DNA of 61,570 nt, counting the filler, from Candidatus Tectimicrobiota bacterium (GTDB lineage Bacteria > JACPSX01), in assembly GCA_016193065.1 (NCBI GenBank). It is 6 parts of 6 records of this genome, joined end to end, with 100 filler letters (N's around TTAATTAATTAA, not from the genome) between each part and the next. Parts side by side here need not be neighbours in the genome. Positions count along the whole stretch, not along the records: positions 17,388 to 29,978 come from JACPSX010000070.1; 5 more parts are not named here. One strand, written 5' to 3'. The first letter of the stretch is position 1, and each line of letters starts with the position of its first letter. A program made the translations under genes and the position numbers. The notes under the pieces were generated by a model. That model ran no database searches, had not been told where the DNA came from, and was given only the letters and a program-made list of their open reading frames with translations. Below, piece after piece: positions 17,388 through 28,258 of the stretch.

Positions 17388-18986
17388 GTCATCGTCCTCG
17401 TCCTGCTCGTCTTGCCCGCGCTGATCAATCTGGGAGCCTACCGGGATGTGATTGAGTCCCGGATGGGGAGAGCTCTGGGAAGGCAGGTATCCGTCGGGAA
17501 GGTGGATCTCTCCCTGATCGGCGGGGTGAGATTGAGACTCGGAGACTTCGTCCTCTACCCGGTCGCAGGGGAAAATCCCCAGGTCACTCTGAGTGCCCGG
17601 GAGCTCCGGGTGCACCTTAAGTTCCTCCCCTTGCTCCTCAAGGAGATCCGCCTGGCCTCGGTCAAGATCGACACGCCCGTCGTGAGGGTGGCGGAGCGGC
17701 GCACGGCCTTTACAAGGGAGTCCTTCCCACCGGGACGACACGGGCTGCCCGCTTCAAGTGGGGAGGTGGTCAGGGTGTCTACCACCTCTGACCCCCGCCC
17801 GCCGGGACGGGAAAGTCCCGCTCCGGCCCAAGAACCCCGGGCGCCGTGGGCTGTCTGGGAAGGTGTTTCGCTGGGCAGCTTGGACATTCAGAAGGGGAGC
17901 CTGCATTATTTCACCTCGAACTCCGAACCGCTCTTCTCACTGGCCGACTTGAACCTCTCGGTGCGCAACCTCTCCTTGAAAGGAACCGTCCGGTTCAATT
18001 TAAAAACGAAGGTCTCCTACCAGGGCGAGCGGGTCTACGAATTGTCCGGCAACATCTTCCCGAACTTTTTAAATGTCCGGTCCCCGGAAGTGGATTTTTC
18101 TCTCAACTCTCCCCGCCTTGACGTGGAGAGCCTACTGCTCCTTTCCAGACTGTTTCAGCGCCTTCCTGCAGCCGCCCCTCGTGCGCCGGAGGCTGGAAAA
18201 CCGGGCAGGGCTCCGCGGGATTTGTGGAGTTCTCTCATCATTACCGGGCGAATTCAGGCGGACAAGGTCTTCTACAAAGGGATCCGCATGGAAAATCTGG
18301 AAGCCAGAACCCGCCGGGAGAAGGACCAGATCAAAGTAAGCTCCCTGAGCTTCCGGGGGGCCGGAGGACTGGTGCGCGCCGAAGGGGTCTTGGGGTACGG
18401 TTCCCGGGAAGGGCAGATCTCCGTGAAGGCAAGCCTTGAGCAGGTGGAAGCTCAGACGCTGTTCACCGCCCTCCAGACTGGGCGTGCTCCGATCTCCGGA
18501 CCACTCACCTTGAAGGTAGATCTCTCCAGCCCCAGGGGGGGGATTAAAAACCTGGGCGGGACCGGTTCGCTGCAGATGGGTCCCGGCCGCTTCCTGGGCC
18601 AGGAGGTGGAATCGAAGCTGCAAAACTACAGCCAGCTCATCTTCCACAAGGCGAAAACGGGGAGCCTGGTTCGGTACGAGAAGATCACCGGCAACTTGCA
18701 GGTGGGAGGGGAGCGGGTGACGACCCAGAACCTCACGGGGCAGTGGCCAAGCTTTCGGGTCGTCGTGCGCGGCTCCATGGATTTTCAAGGCCTGCTCGAT
18801 CTGCGGGCCGGCCTGTATTTCCCCGACCAGGGAATTTTGCACCTCCAAGTACAGGGGCCCATCTCCGGGCCTTCCCTGAAGCCGGACCTGGGGGAAACCG
18901 CCCGGGAGGCAGGTAAAGGGAGCAGAGAAATCCAGAAGGGGATCCGGGGAACTTTTCAGAAGCTGCTGCGGTCTCTTACTCCATAG
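17388..18986 (+). CDS. AsmA-family protein (5' partial)
   Basis: N-terminal TM then ...ALGRQVSVGKVDLSL, beta-rich body, AsmA-like C-terminus. Confidence 0.8.
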   Translation, partial: VIVLVLLVLPALINLGAYRDVIESRMGRALGRQVSVGKVDLSLIGGVRLRLGDFVLYPVAGENPQVTLSARELRVHLKFLPLLLKEIRLASVKIDTPVVRVAERRTAFTRESFPPGRHGLPASSGEVVRVSTTSDPRPPGRESPAPAQEPRAPWAVWEGVSLGSLDIQKGSLHYFTSNSEPLFSLADLNLSVRNLSLKGTVRFNLKTKVSYQGERVYELSGNIFPNFLNVRSPEVDFSLNSPRLDVESLLLLSRLFQRLPAAAPRAPEAGKPGRAPRDLWSSLIITGRIQADKVFYKGIRMENLEARTRREKDQIKVSSLSFRGAGGLVRAEGVLGYGSREGQISVKASLEQVEAQTLFTALQTGRAPISGPLTLKVDLSSPRGGIKNLGGTGSLQMGPGRFLGQEVESKLQNYSQLIFHKAKTGSLVRYEKITGNLQVGGERVTTQNLTGQWPSFRVVVRGSMDFQGLLDLRAGLYFPDQGILHLQVQGPISGPSLKPDLGETAREAGKGSREIQKGIRGTFQKLLRSLTP

Positions 18987-18996
18987 AGGAGGGGAC

Positions 18997-20499
18997 ATGG
19001 GGTTTCGCCGCATCCATCTCATCGCCGTTTTCCTGCTGGGGTTTTTGTGGGCCCAATCCGCTCCGGCCCAGAACCTGCAGGACCGGGTGATCGAGCACCG
19101 TCTAAAGAACGGCCTCGTCCTTCTTCTCCTGGAGCGTCACGGATTTCCCACGGTAGCCACCTCGATCCGGGTTAAAGCCGGCGGGGTGGACGAACTCCCG
19201 GGAAGCACGGGGCTCGCCCACATGGTGGAGCACATGCTGTTTAAAGGGACGAAAACCGTCGGCACCCGGGACTTCGAGAAGGAAAAGCCACTTCTGGAAC
19301 AGATCCAGAAGCTGGGCAACGCTCTCGATCAAGAGGAACGCAGGGGCAATTCGGCGGAAGTCCCCCGTCTCAAGACAGAACTCAAGAGGGCCCAGGAGGA
19401 ACACCGCAAGCTCATCGTCAAGGACGAATTTGCCCGGATTTACGGAGAGAACGGCGGGGTGGGCTACAATGCTTCCACCAGCAAAGACCTCACCACCTAC
19501 ATCGTGAGCCTGCCCGCCAACCGCCTGGAGTTGTGGGCCCGACTGGAAGCAGACCGCATGGCCAATCCGGTCCTGCGGGAATTCTTCACGGAGCGGGACG
19601 TGGTCCTGGAGGAACGCCGCCGCGGGGTAGAGTCCGTCGGCTCCTCCCGCCTGTACCAGGAGTTTCTCGCGGCCTCTTTTCAGGCCCATCCTTACCGGCT
19701 CCCGGTGATTGGCTGGGAATCGGACGTGCGCTGGCTCACCCCGGAGAAGCTGTCCCGGTTCTTGCAAACCTACTATGTCCCCAACAATGCGGTGATCGCC
19801 ATCGTGGGGGACATCAACCCCAGGGAAGTCATCGACCTGATCGAGAAGTACTTCGGGCCCATTCCGGCCGGCCCGACTCCACCTCCCGTGGTCCTAGAGG
19901 AGCCCCCCCAGAGAGGGGAGCGCAGGGTGCAGGTCGTCTTTGAGGCGGAACCCTCGATCTACATCGGTTACCACAAGCCCAACATTCCCGCCCGGGAGGA
20001 CTACGTCTTTGACGTGATCGATGCGCTGCTGACCGACGGCAGGACTTCCCGCCTCTATCGCACCCTCGTGGAGGACAAGAAGATCGCCTATTATGTTTCC
20101 ACCTCTCCCGGAACTCCCGGAGCCCGCTACCCCAACCTCTTTGTCCTGCGGGCAGCCCCGCGCTACCCGCACACGACACGGGAGCTGGAGGAAGGGATCT
20201 ATGCAGAAATTGAAAAGCTCCAGCGCGAGCTTGTGACGCCCCGGGAGCTGGAAAAGATCCGCAACCGCCTGGAGGTCAATTTCCTTAGGGGCCTGAGATC
20301 CAACAGCGGCCTGGCCAGCCAGATCTCCTACTTTCAAACCATCACCGGGGACTGGCGCTATATCTTGAACCACCGCCGGATTCTCGGCACCGTGACTCCA
20401 GAGGAGATCCGGGAAGTGGCCCGCAAATATCTGATCCCGGAAAACCGCACGGTCGCCGAGTTGCTGCGCCCCAAGCGAAGCGACGGACCTAAGCCATGA
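18997..20499 (+). CDS. M16-family zinc peptidase, active subunit
   Basis: GLAHMVEHMLFKGT (HXXEH), NASTS.D.T.Y, HPY..PVIG. Confidence 0.92.
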   Translation: MGFRRIHLIAVFLLGFLWAQSAPAQNLQDRVIEHRLKNGLVLLLLERHGFPTVATSIRVKAGGVDELPGSTGLAHMVEHMLFKGTKTVGTRDFEKEKPLLEQIQKLGNALDQEERRGNSAEVPRLKTELKRAQEEHRKLIVKDEFARIYGENGGVGYNASTSKDLTTYIVSLPANRLELWARLEADRMANPVLREFFTERDVVLEERRRGVESVGSSRLYQEFLAASFQAHPYRLPVIGWESDVRWLTPEKLSRFLQTYYVPNNAVIAIVGDINPREVIDLIEKYFGPIPAGPTPPPVVLEEPPQRGERRVQVVFEAEPSIYIGYHKPNIPAREDYVFDVIDALLTDGRTSRLYRTLVEDKKIAYYVSTSPGTPGARYPNLFVLRAAPRYPHTTRELEEGIYAEIEKLQRELVTPRELEKIRNRLEVNFLRGLRSNSGLASQISYFQTITGDWRYILNHRRILGTVTPEEIREVARKYLIPENRTVAELLRPKRSDGPKP

Positions 20500-21956
20500 A
20501 GGGCTTCGGAAGCTCCCCAAGAAAAATTTCTCCTTTTCTCCTGGCGGCCCTTCTGGGACTTCTCCTGAGCAGTTGCGCGGCCCCGCGGCTGGACTTCCCA
20601 GCGGTTTCGGACCTGCGCTACAAGCCCATCCAATGGACTCCCCTGGAGCCCGAACGGCGGGTCCTGAAAAACGGCCTGGTCCTCTACCTGCTCGAGGATC
20701 ACGAGCTCCCCCTGATCAACATTTCGGCCACGATCCGGGTGGGATCCGTGTATGAGCCCGCAGATAAAGTCGGCCTGGCCTCTCTGACAGGCTCCACCAT
20801 GCGCGCAGGGGGAACCGCGTCCTTCTCCCCGGAAGAGATGAACCAGACTTTGGAGTTCCTGGGGGCCTCGGTGGAGAGTTCCATCGGCACGGAATCAGGC
20901 CAGGTCTCCATGGGAGTTCTCCGCAAGGACCTTGACCTGGGGCTCCGGATCTTCGCGGACGTCCTGCGCCGTCCGGTTTTCGGCCAGCAGTGGGTTGATC
21001 TGGCCAAGAACCAGGCCATCGAAGGGATCCGCCGCCGCAACGACAACCCGGGCGGAATCGCCCAGAGGGAGTTTGCCCGGCTCATTTATGGAGATCACCC
21101 CAACGGGCGCCTGTCCACTGTGCAAACGATTCAGAATATCACCCGCCAGGACATGATCGACCTTCAGCGACGCTACTACCACCCAAACCAGGTGATCCTG
21201 GGGATCACGGGAGATTTTCAAACCGAGGAGATGGTCGCCAGGATTTCTGAAACCTTCTCCAACTGGGAACCGGACTCGGTGGTCTATCCCCCGGTTCCAC
21301 CGGTTCCCCGGGAGATCTCCCCTTCCGTGAACTTCATAAACAAAGAAGGAGGTCAGGCCACCGTGGTGCTGGGGCACCTGGGCATTCGTTTGAACAACCC
21401 CGACCTCTACGCTCTGCGGGTCATGAACCACATCCTCGGAGGCGGCGGGTTTAACTCCCGGTTGATGCGGGAGATCCGTTCTGACCGGGGGCTGGCCTAT
21501 TCGGTCGGGAGCTCGCTGGGAGCCGGGGTGCGGGATCTGGGGACCTTTCGCGTCTCGGGAGGAACAAAACCCCAGACGGCCGCCGAGATGATCTCTCTCA
21601 TGATCAAGAACCTGCGGGGGATCCAAAAAGACGTCACTCGGGAGGAGGTGGAAGCAGCCAAAGAATCCATCGTCAACTCCTTCCTGTTTACCTATACGTC
21701 CAAGTCGGCCGTCGTGGACCAGCAAATCTTCCTGGAGTTTCATGATTTGCCCCGGGACTACCTCCGGACCTATCCCGAAAAGATTTCCCGCGTCACTCGC
21801 GAAGACGTCCTGCGCGTGGCCGGGCAATATCTGCACCCCGATCGCCTGATCCTCCTCGTGGTGGGGGATGACAAGAAATTCGACCGCTCCCTGAGCGACT
21901 TTGGAGCCGTTCGCACGATCCGTCTCGACGAACCCCTCCCGGCAACGGCCCCCTGA
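20496..21956 (+). CDS. M16-family peptidase partner subunit, probable lipoprotein
   Basis: No HXXEH; SRL..EIR..RGLAYSV motif; lipobox LSSC; ATGA overlap. Confidence 0.88.
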   Translation: MKGFGSSPRKISPFLLAALLGLLLSSCAAPRLDFPAVSDLRYKPIQWTPLEPERRVLKNGLVLYLLEDHELPLINISATIRVGSVYEPADKVGLASLTGSTMRAGGTASFSPEEMNQTLEFLGASVESSIGTESGQVSMGVLRKDLDLGLRIFADVLRRPVFGQQWVDLAKNQAIEGIRRRNDNPGGIAQREFARLIYGDHPNGRLSTVQTIQNITRQDMIDLQRRYYHPNQVILGITGDFQTEEMVARISETFSNWEPDSVVYPPVPPVPREISPSVNFINKEGGQATVVLGHLGIRLNNPDLYALRVMNHILGGGGFNSRLMREIRSDRGLAYSVGSSLGAGVRDLGTFRVSGGTKPQTAAEMISLMIKNLRGIQKDVTREEVEAAKESIVNSFLFTYTSKSAVVDQQIFLEFHDLPRDYLRTYPEKISRVTREDVLRVAGQYLHPDRLILLVVGDDKKFDRSLSDFGAVRTIRLDEPLPATAP

Positions 21957-21978
21957 AAGGCCAAGGAATCGGTCTCCT

Positions 21979-24469
21979 ATGAGCGCTCCCCGGCTGTACC
22001 TCATTGACGGCCAATCCTACATTTACCGCGCCTACTTCGCCATCCGCCAGTACCTGTCCACAGCAGCGGGACTGCCGACCAATGCAATCCTCGGCTTCAC
22101 GAACATGCTTCTGAAGGTCCTGAGGGAGGAAAAGCCCGATCTGCTGGCCGTTGTCTTCGATCCGAAAGGTCCCACACGCCGGCAGGAAGTCTTTGAATCC
22201 TACAAAGCCCAGCGCCCCTCCATGCCCCCCGACATGGCCCGGCAGATCCCCTACATCCACCGCGTGGTGGATGCCTTGCGGATTCCAAGGTTACAGATCG
22301 AGGGGCAGGAAGCAGACGATGTGCTGGGAACCCTGGGGGTTCGGGGTGTGCACGAGGGATATCAGGTAACTCTGGTCACCGGGGACAAGGACATGCTCCA
22401 GATCGTGGGGCCCAACGCGGTGGTCCTGGACACGATGAAAGGGAAGGTCTACACGGAGAAAGAGGTCATCGAGCGCTTCGGAGTGGAGCCCGGCCGCGTG
22501 GTCGAGGTCATGGGTCTCATGGGGGATTCCATCGACAACATCCCCGGAGTGCCGGGGATCGGCGAGAAGACCGCGATAAAGCTGATCCGGGAATTCGGTA
22601 CCCTGGAGAACTTGCTGGCGAACCCGGACCGGGTGAAAGGGGAAAAACTGCGTGAGAGCCTGAAAGAGTATGCGGAGCAGGCCCGCTTGAGCCGCACGCT
22701 GTGCACCGTGGAGACCGACCTGCCCGTCGATCTCCCTCTGGAGTCCCTGCGGGTCCAGCCTCCGGACCGCCCTGCTCTTCTGAGCCTGCTCCGGGAACTG
22801 GAGTTCTCCAACCTGCTCAAGGAATTCGCCGCGGAGCCGGCTCCCGCCCCAGTTTCTTTACCGGCAGAGGAGGAGCGGATCTCCTGGCCTTCTTTCCGGG
22901 AAACACTGAAAAGCCCGGCCGGATTCGCTTTCGAGATTGTCAATGGGACGAGTGCCACGCCGCAATTTGCCGTGGCCGTCTCGGGAGATTCCTCCCATAT
23001 GTTGGGTGAGGATCTCACCTCGGACCCGGCGGTTCTCAAAGATTTCAGAGCTCTCCTGGAAGACCCGGATCTCGCGAAGATCTGTCACGATGCGAAGGGA
23101 AAGTACCGGACTCTGGCCCGGCACGGGATCCACCTGCGCGGGGTCTGCTTCGATCCCATGATTGCCGCCTATCTCCTGAACCCGGCCAAGAACCGCTACG
23201 ATCTCCCTCAACTGGCTGTGGAATCCCTGGGAGTTTCCCTGGCAGAGGAAGGGAAGGGAGGAGTCAGCGCCGTAGAGGCCCGGCGGCGGGCTGCGGCCGT
23301 ATTCAAGCTGCGGGAGGTCCTGTCGGAACCTTTGCGGGAGAGCGGGCTCAATGAGCTTTTCTACGAGGTGGATCTCCCCCTGGCCCGGGTGCTGGCCCGC
23401 ATGGAGGAGTGCGGGGTCAAGGTGGACATGGACCACCTGCGTGAGCTTTCCAAAAGGATCGAGATCGATCTGGAACAGATCGTTTCCCGGATTTATGCCC
23501 TGGCCGGCACGGAATTTAACATCAATTCTCCGGTTCAGCTTCGGGAGATCCTCTTCGAGCGCCTGGGGCTCAAGCCGGTCAAGAGAACCAAGACGGGGTA
23601 CTCGACGGACATGGAGGTTCTGGAGAAGCTGGCGGAGCATCACGAGCTGCCCGCGGAAATCCTCTCCTACCGCCAGCTCGCCAAGCTCAAGTCGACCTAC
23701 ATCGATGCCCTCCCCACCATGGTGGATCCCCGGACAGGCCGCATTCACACCTCCTATAATCAGACCGTGGCAGCCACGGGGCGCCTGAGCAGCAGCGATC
23801 CGAACTTGCAAAACATCCCGATCCGCACGGAGCTGGGCCGGGAGATTCGCAAGGCGTTTGCAGCGGAAAAGGGCTTCCTCCTCCTGTCCGCGGATTATTC
23901 CCAGATCGAGCTTCGAATCCTGGCTCACGTTTCGGGGGACGAGGCCATGCTGGAGGCCTTCCACCAGGGCGAGGACATTCACGCCCGCACGGCGGCCGAG
24001 GTCTTCGGAGTGGACCCTTCCGGAGTCACCCCCGACATGCGGCGGGTGGCCAAAACCGTGAACTTCGGTATCCTTTACGGTCTGAGCGTCTACGGGCTGG
24101 CCAGCGGCTTGAACCTGTCCCGGGAAGAAGCCCGGGCCTTCATTGAACGCTACTTTGAGCGCTATCCCGGGGTCAAAGCCTACATTGAAAAAGTAAAGGG
24201 CGATGCCGCCCGGCGGGGATATGTGACCACACTGATGAACCGGCGCCGCTACCTCCCTGAGATGGAGAGCCGCGACCGCAACGTGCGCGAGCTGGGGGAG
24301 CGGTTGGCCATCAACAGCCCAATCCAGGGGAGCGCCGCGGACATCATCAAGGAAGCCATGATCCGCATCGAGCGAGAGCTGGAAGAGCAGCAGCTCTGCG
24401 CCGCCATGATCCTCCAGGTCCACGACGAGGGACATACATACAGGAAGAAATTGGAACGAAGCTCACTAG
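21979..24469 (+). CDS. polA: DNA polymerase I with frameshifting deletion after motif C as assembled
   Basis: LIDG, EADD, GDKD, ATGRLSS.DPNLQNIP, ADYSQIELR, LQVHDE; terminal DIHTGRNWNEAH* lies in the +1 frame at 24431-24469. Confidence 0.92.
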
Positions 24470-24476
24470 GCTCCTC

Positions 24477-24540
24477 CGTCATTCCGGCGAAGGCCGGAAT
24501 CCAGGGGAACCACTGGACCCCGGCTTCCGCCGGGGAGGCG
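24477..24540. repeat. CGTC-type REP pair
   Basis: CGTCATTCCGGCGAAGGCCGGAATCCAG...CTGGACCCCGGCTTCCGCCGGGG. Confidence 0.75.
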
Positions 24541-24571
24541 CAGGACACAATAGGAGGGACGGGAGGCAGCT

Positions 24572-25465
24572 ATGAAGTCGGTGGGGTTTATGGGACTGGG
24601 GCTCATGGGGAAACCCATGGCCCAAAACATCCTGAAGGCGGGCTACCCGCTCACCGTCTACAACCGCACCCGGGACAAGACCCGCGAGCTGGAACAAGCG
24701 GGAGCCAAGGTTGCGGCCACTCCCCGCGACGCGGCGCGCGGCGCGGACGTGATCATCACGATGGTCTCCGATCCACCGGCCGTGCGGGAAGTAGTCCTCG
24801 GTCCGGAAGGAGTTGTCCAAGGTGCTCGCCGCGGGGCACTGCTGATCGACATGAGCACTATCTCCCCCGCGGACACCTGCTCTCTGGCCGCCGAGATCGA
24901 GAAGTCCGGGATCGCTCTTCTCGATGCTCCCGTCTCCGGAAGCGTGCAGGGAGCCAGCGATGGAACTCTGGCGATTATGGTCGGCGGCGAGCGTGCTCTC
25001 TTCACAGAGTCGGAGCCCCTGCTCCGCACCATGGGGGACAAGATCTTCTATACCGGGCCGCAGGGGAGCGGCTCGGCCATGAAGATGGTGGTCAATCTGG
25101 TCGGAGCGGCGGCGTTGATCGCTCTCGGCGAGTGCCTCGTCCTGGGCGCCAAGTCGGGACTCGACCCCAAGCAGATCATTCAGGTTCTGGAAGCCAGCGC
25201 CATGCGCTCGGCCCTGATCTCACTCAAGGGGCCCAGGATGTTGCGCCGCGACTTCTCGCCTCAATTCCCCCTGAAGCTCATGCACAAGGACCTGGGGTTG
25301 ATCCTCGCCACCGCGGCCCGGGAAGGAATTTCTCTGCCCGTCACGGCCTTGATCAAGGAGTTTTATCAGGTGGCGTGCAGCCGCAACCAGGGCGACCTGG
25401 ACTATTCGGCCATCCTCACGATCCTGGAGCAACTCAACGGGGTCACCGTAGCGGGACATGATTGA
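24572..25465 (+). CDS. NAD(P)-dependent beta-hydroxyacid dehydrogenase (GarR/MmsB family)
   Basis: GLGLMG, YNRT, DAPVSG, catalytic K, KDL motifs. Confidence 0.92.
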   Translation: MKSVGFMGLGLMGKPMAQNILKAGYPLTVYNRTRDKTRELEQAGAKVAATPRDAARGADVIITMVSDPPAVREVVLGPEGVVQGARRGALLIDMSTISPADTCSLAAEIEKSGIALLDAPVSGSVQGASDGTLAIMVGGERALFTESEPLLRTMGDKIFYTGPQGSGSAMKMVVNLVGAAALIALGECLVLGAKSGLDPKQIIQVLEASAMRSALISLKGPRMLRRDFSPQFPLKLMHKDLGLILATAAREGISLPVTALIKEFYQVACSRNQGDLDYSAILTILEQLNGVTVAGHD

Positions 25466-27617
25466 GAAAGACGAGATCCTACGCCGCTTAGAATCCCTCT
25501 CCCGTCCCCTGACCCTCAAGGAATTGATCCATCACTTTCGTGTCCCCTCAGAGAAGCGCCCGGCCTTCCGCCGGCTCGTGCGGGAGATCGGCCGCGAAGG
25601 GCACCTGATCCGGGTGGGGGGAAACCGCTACAGCCTGCCCGGTCCCCTGAAACTTGCCACCGGAAAAATCCAGATTCACCCTGAAGGGTACGGGTTTCTC
25701 ACTCCCGAAGGAAAAAAAGGGAGCGACATCCACATTCCGGAGCGCTTCACGGGCGGGGCCATGGACGGGGACAAGGTTCAGGCGCAGGTGGAGGGCTCCG
25801 GTCGCTACCGGAAGAACACCGGGCGCGTGGTGCGCATCCTGGAGCGGGCCCACACCTCCGTGGTCGGGGTGCTGGAGCCGCGGGGCAAGTCCTTCGTCCT
25901 CATCCCCCAGAACCGCCGCCTCGGCGAAGTTCAGATCCTGAAGAAGGACAGCGCGGGAGCTCGCCGGGGACTCGCCGCCGTCGCCGAGATCCTCGATTAC
26001 CCGGAGCAGGGAAACCTGGCCCAGGGCCGGGTCACGGAGGTGCTCGGCGACCCCGAGGGCCCCGACGTGGGGGTGGAGATCGTCCTGAGGAAATACGGCA
26101 TCCCGGGCCCCTTCCCGGAGCGGGTTCTCAAGGAGGTGGCTTCCTGCCCCCAGAAAGTCCTCCCGGAAGACTTCGCCGGCCGCCTGGACTTGAGGGATCT
26201 GGTCACCTTCACAATTGACGGGGAAACCGCCCGGGACTTCGATGACGCCGTCTCCATAGAGAAAACCCCGGGGGGCGGCTACCGTCTCGGAGTCCACATC
26301 GCCGACGTGGGCCACTACGTTCGGGAGGGGTCCCTGGTGGACCGGGAGGCGCAAAACCGCGGCAACAGCGTCTACTTCCCCGATCGGGCCATCCACATGC
26401 TCCCCGAACCGCTCGCGGCGGGGATCTGCAGCCTGAAGCCCGACGAGGATCGCCTCACCCAATCCGTGTTCCTCGACTTGGATTCCCGCGGAAATGTCCT
26501 GGGTGCCCGTTTCGCCGACGCCGTCATCCGCAGCCGACAACGCTTCACCTACACGGTCGTCGCCAAGCTTCTCGCCCGCGGAGACCCGAGGCTGGAGAAG
26601 CAGTACGAGCCCCTGCTCCCCTCCGTCCGGACCATGGGCGAGCTGGCGAAAATCCTGCGCGAGCACCGCCTGGCCCGGGGGAGCCTCGACTTCGACCTGC
26701 CGGAGGCGGACATCATCCTGGACAGCGACGGGCAGGTGGAGAGCATCCTGCGCCAGGAGAGAAACGACGCTCACAAGCTCATCGAGGAATTCATGCTGGC
26801 GGCCAACCAGGCCGTAGCCTCCTTCATCCTGCGCCACGGGCACCCGCCAGGCGGGTACCCGGGCCTCTACCGGGTCCACGAGCCTCCCGACCCGCTCAAG
26901 ATGGCCGACCTGGCCGCCTTTCTGGAGACCCTCGGTTACTCTCTCCCCGACGCCGAATCGGTCCGCCCCGGCGATCTAAGAGACGTTCTGGAAAGAGCCC
27001 AGGGGAAACCCGAAGAGCGCCTGCTGAACATGCTCGTTCTGCGCTCCCTCCGCCAGGCTCGCTATGCGGCCGAGAACCTCGGGCACTTCGCCCTGCACTT
27101 CGACGACTACACCCACTTCACCTCCCCCATCCGCCGCTACCCGGACCTGGTCGTACACCGGATCCTGCGCCGGATGCGCCGGGGGAAAGGGGAGAGACCG
27201 GCGGGCCGAGAGGCCGCCCTGGCGAATCTGGGCGCGGTCGCGGAGCACTCCTCCTGGACGGAGCGCCGGGCCGACGAAGCCGAGCGCGACCTCGTGGACT
27301 TGAAGAAGATCCAGTTCATGGGCAAGCATCTGGGCGAAGAGTTTGCGGGGCACATTTCCGGGGTGACCCGCTTCGGCTTCTTCGTGGAGTTGGAGGACTA
27401 CTTCGTCGAGGGCCTTGTTCCCCTGACTTTGCTCAAGAACGATTATTATGTGTTCGATGAAGTCCGCCACACGCTGCGGGGGGAGCGCACGCGGAAAGCC
27501 TTCCGCCTGGGGGACCGGGTGCGCATCCGGGTCGAGAACACGAGCATCGAGCTGCGCCGCATCGACTTCTCGCTCTCTGAACCGGCCCGGACCGTCCAGC
27601 GGCGCCGCCGCCGTTGA
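25458..27617 (+). CDS. rnr: Ribonuclease R
   Basis: GYGF cold-shock domain, TIDGETARDFDDA, HFTSPIRRYPD, S1 domain. Confidence 0.95.
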   Translation: MIEKDEILRRLESLSRPLTLKELIHHFRVPSEKRPAFRRLVREIGREGHLIRVGGNRYSLPGPLKLATGKIQIHPEGYGFLTPEGKKGSDIHIPERFTGGAMDGDKVQAQVEGSGRYRKNTGRVVRILERAHTSVVGVLEPRGKSFVLIPQNRRLGEVQILKKDSAGARRGLAAVAEILDYPEQGNLAQGRVTEVLGDPEGPDVGVEIVLRKYGIPGPFPERVLKEVASCPQKVLPEDFAGRLDLRDLVTFTIDGETARDFDDAVSIEKTPGGGYRLGVHIADVGHYVREGSLVDREAQNRGNSVYFPDRAIHMLPEPLAAGICSLKPDEDRLTQSVFLDLDSRGNVLGARFADAVIRSRQRFTYTVVAKLLARGDPRLEKQYEPLLPSVRTMGELAKILREHRLARGSLDFDLPEADIILDSDGQVESILRQERNDAHKLIEEFMLAANQAVASFILRHGHPPGGYPGLYRVHEPPDPLKMADLAAFLETLGYSLPDAESVRPGDLRDVLERAQGKPEERLLNMLVLRSLRQARYAAENLGHFALHFDDYTHFTSPIRRYPDLVVHRILRRMRRGKGERPAGREAALANLGAVAEHSSWTERRADEAERDLVDLKKIQFMGKHLGEEFAGHISGVTRFGFFVELEDYFVEGLVPLTLLKNDYYVFDEVRHTLRGERTRKAFRLGDRVRIRVENTSIELRRIDFSLSEPARTVQRRRRR

Positions 27618-27647
27618 ATCACGCGGTTGCCCCCTGATTCCTCACTA

Positions 27648-27677
27648 TTGACAAGGAGAAATCCTTGGGTTTAAGAT
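27648..27677 (+). promoter_or_regulatory. Sigma-70-type promoter upstream of coaD
   Basis: TTGACA-N18-TAAGAT. Confidence 0.5.
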
Positions 27678-27728
27678 GCCCGCAATTGAAACGGAGCGGG
27701 GAAGACTTTCAGCAGGAATCGAGCCTTC

Positions 27729-28217
27729 ATGTCCAATCCAGTCGCCGTCTACCCGGGGACCTTCGATCCGCTGACCAACGGTCACATCGACATCATCCAG
27801 CGGGCTCTCTATATTTTTGACGAACTCATAGTGGCCATTGCCGACAACCCCGAGAAATCCCCCCTCTTCAGCGTTCCCGAGCGCCGGGAAATCATCGAGA
27901 AAGCCGTCAAGGATTTCGCTCCCCGGGTCACGGTAGACTCCTTCAATACCCTTCTGGTGGATTACGTGAAGCGCAAGAAGGCCAAGGTGATCATCCGGGG
28001 GCTTAGAGCCTTGTCGGATTTTGAATACGAGTTCCAGATGGCTCTCATGAACCGGGATCTCGACAAAACCGTGGAAACCGTCTTCATGATGCCCAACGTC
28101 CGCTACTCGTTCGTGAGCTCCCGGCTGGTGAAGGAGGTCTTCCAGTTCGGAGGAGATATTTCCGCCCTGGTTCCTTCCCACGTTTTTGAGGCCCTCAAGG
28201 CCAAGTACCCTCGCTAG
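27729..28217 (+). CDS. coaD: Phosphopantetheine adenylyltransferase
   Basis: YPGTFDPLTNGH, RGLR..SDFEYE, SSRLVKE. Confidence 0.97.
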   Translation: MSNPVAVYPGTFDPLTNGHIDIIQRALYIFDELIVAIADNPEKSPLFSVPERREIIEKAVKDFAPRVTVDSFNTLLVDYVKRKKAKVIIRGLRALSDFEYEFQMALMNRDLDKTVETVFMMPNVRYSFVSSRLVKEVFQFGGDISALVPSHVFEALKAKYPR

Positions 28218-28258
28218 GTTTCTCGTGGTGCCCGCCACCGGAAAGGAGAGAGTGTGCC

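Noticed and set aside
21901-25461. 1186-aa PolA fusion ORF, or an intein/intron at motif C
   Set aside because: The tail is off-frame read-through over a REP and the next gene. The real terminus is at 24431-24469 and no intein or intron boundary motif is present.
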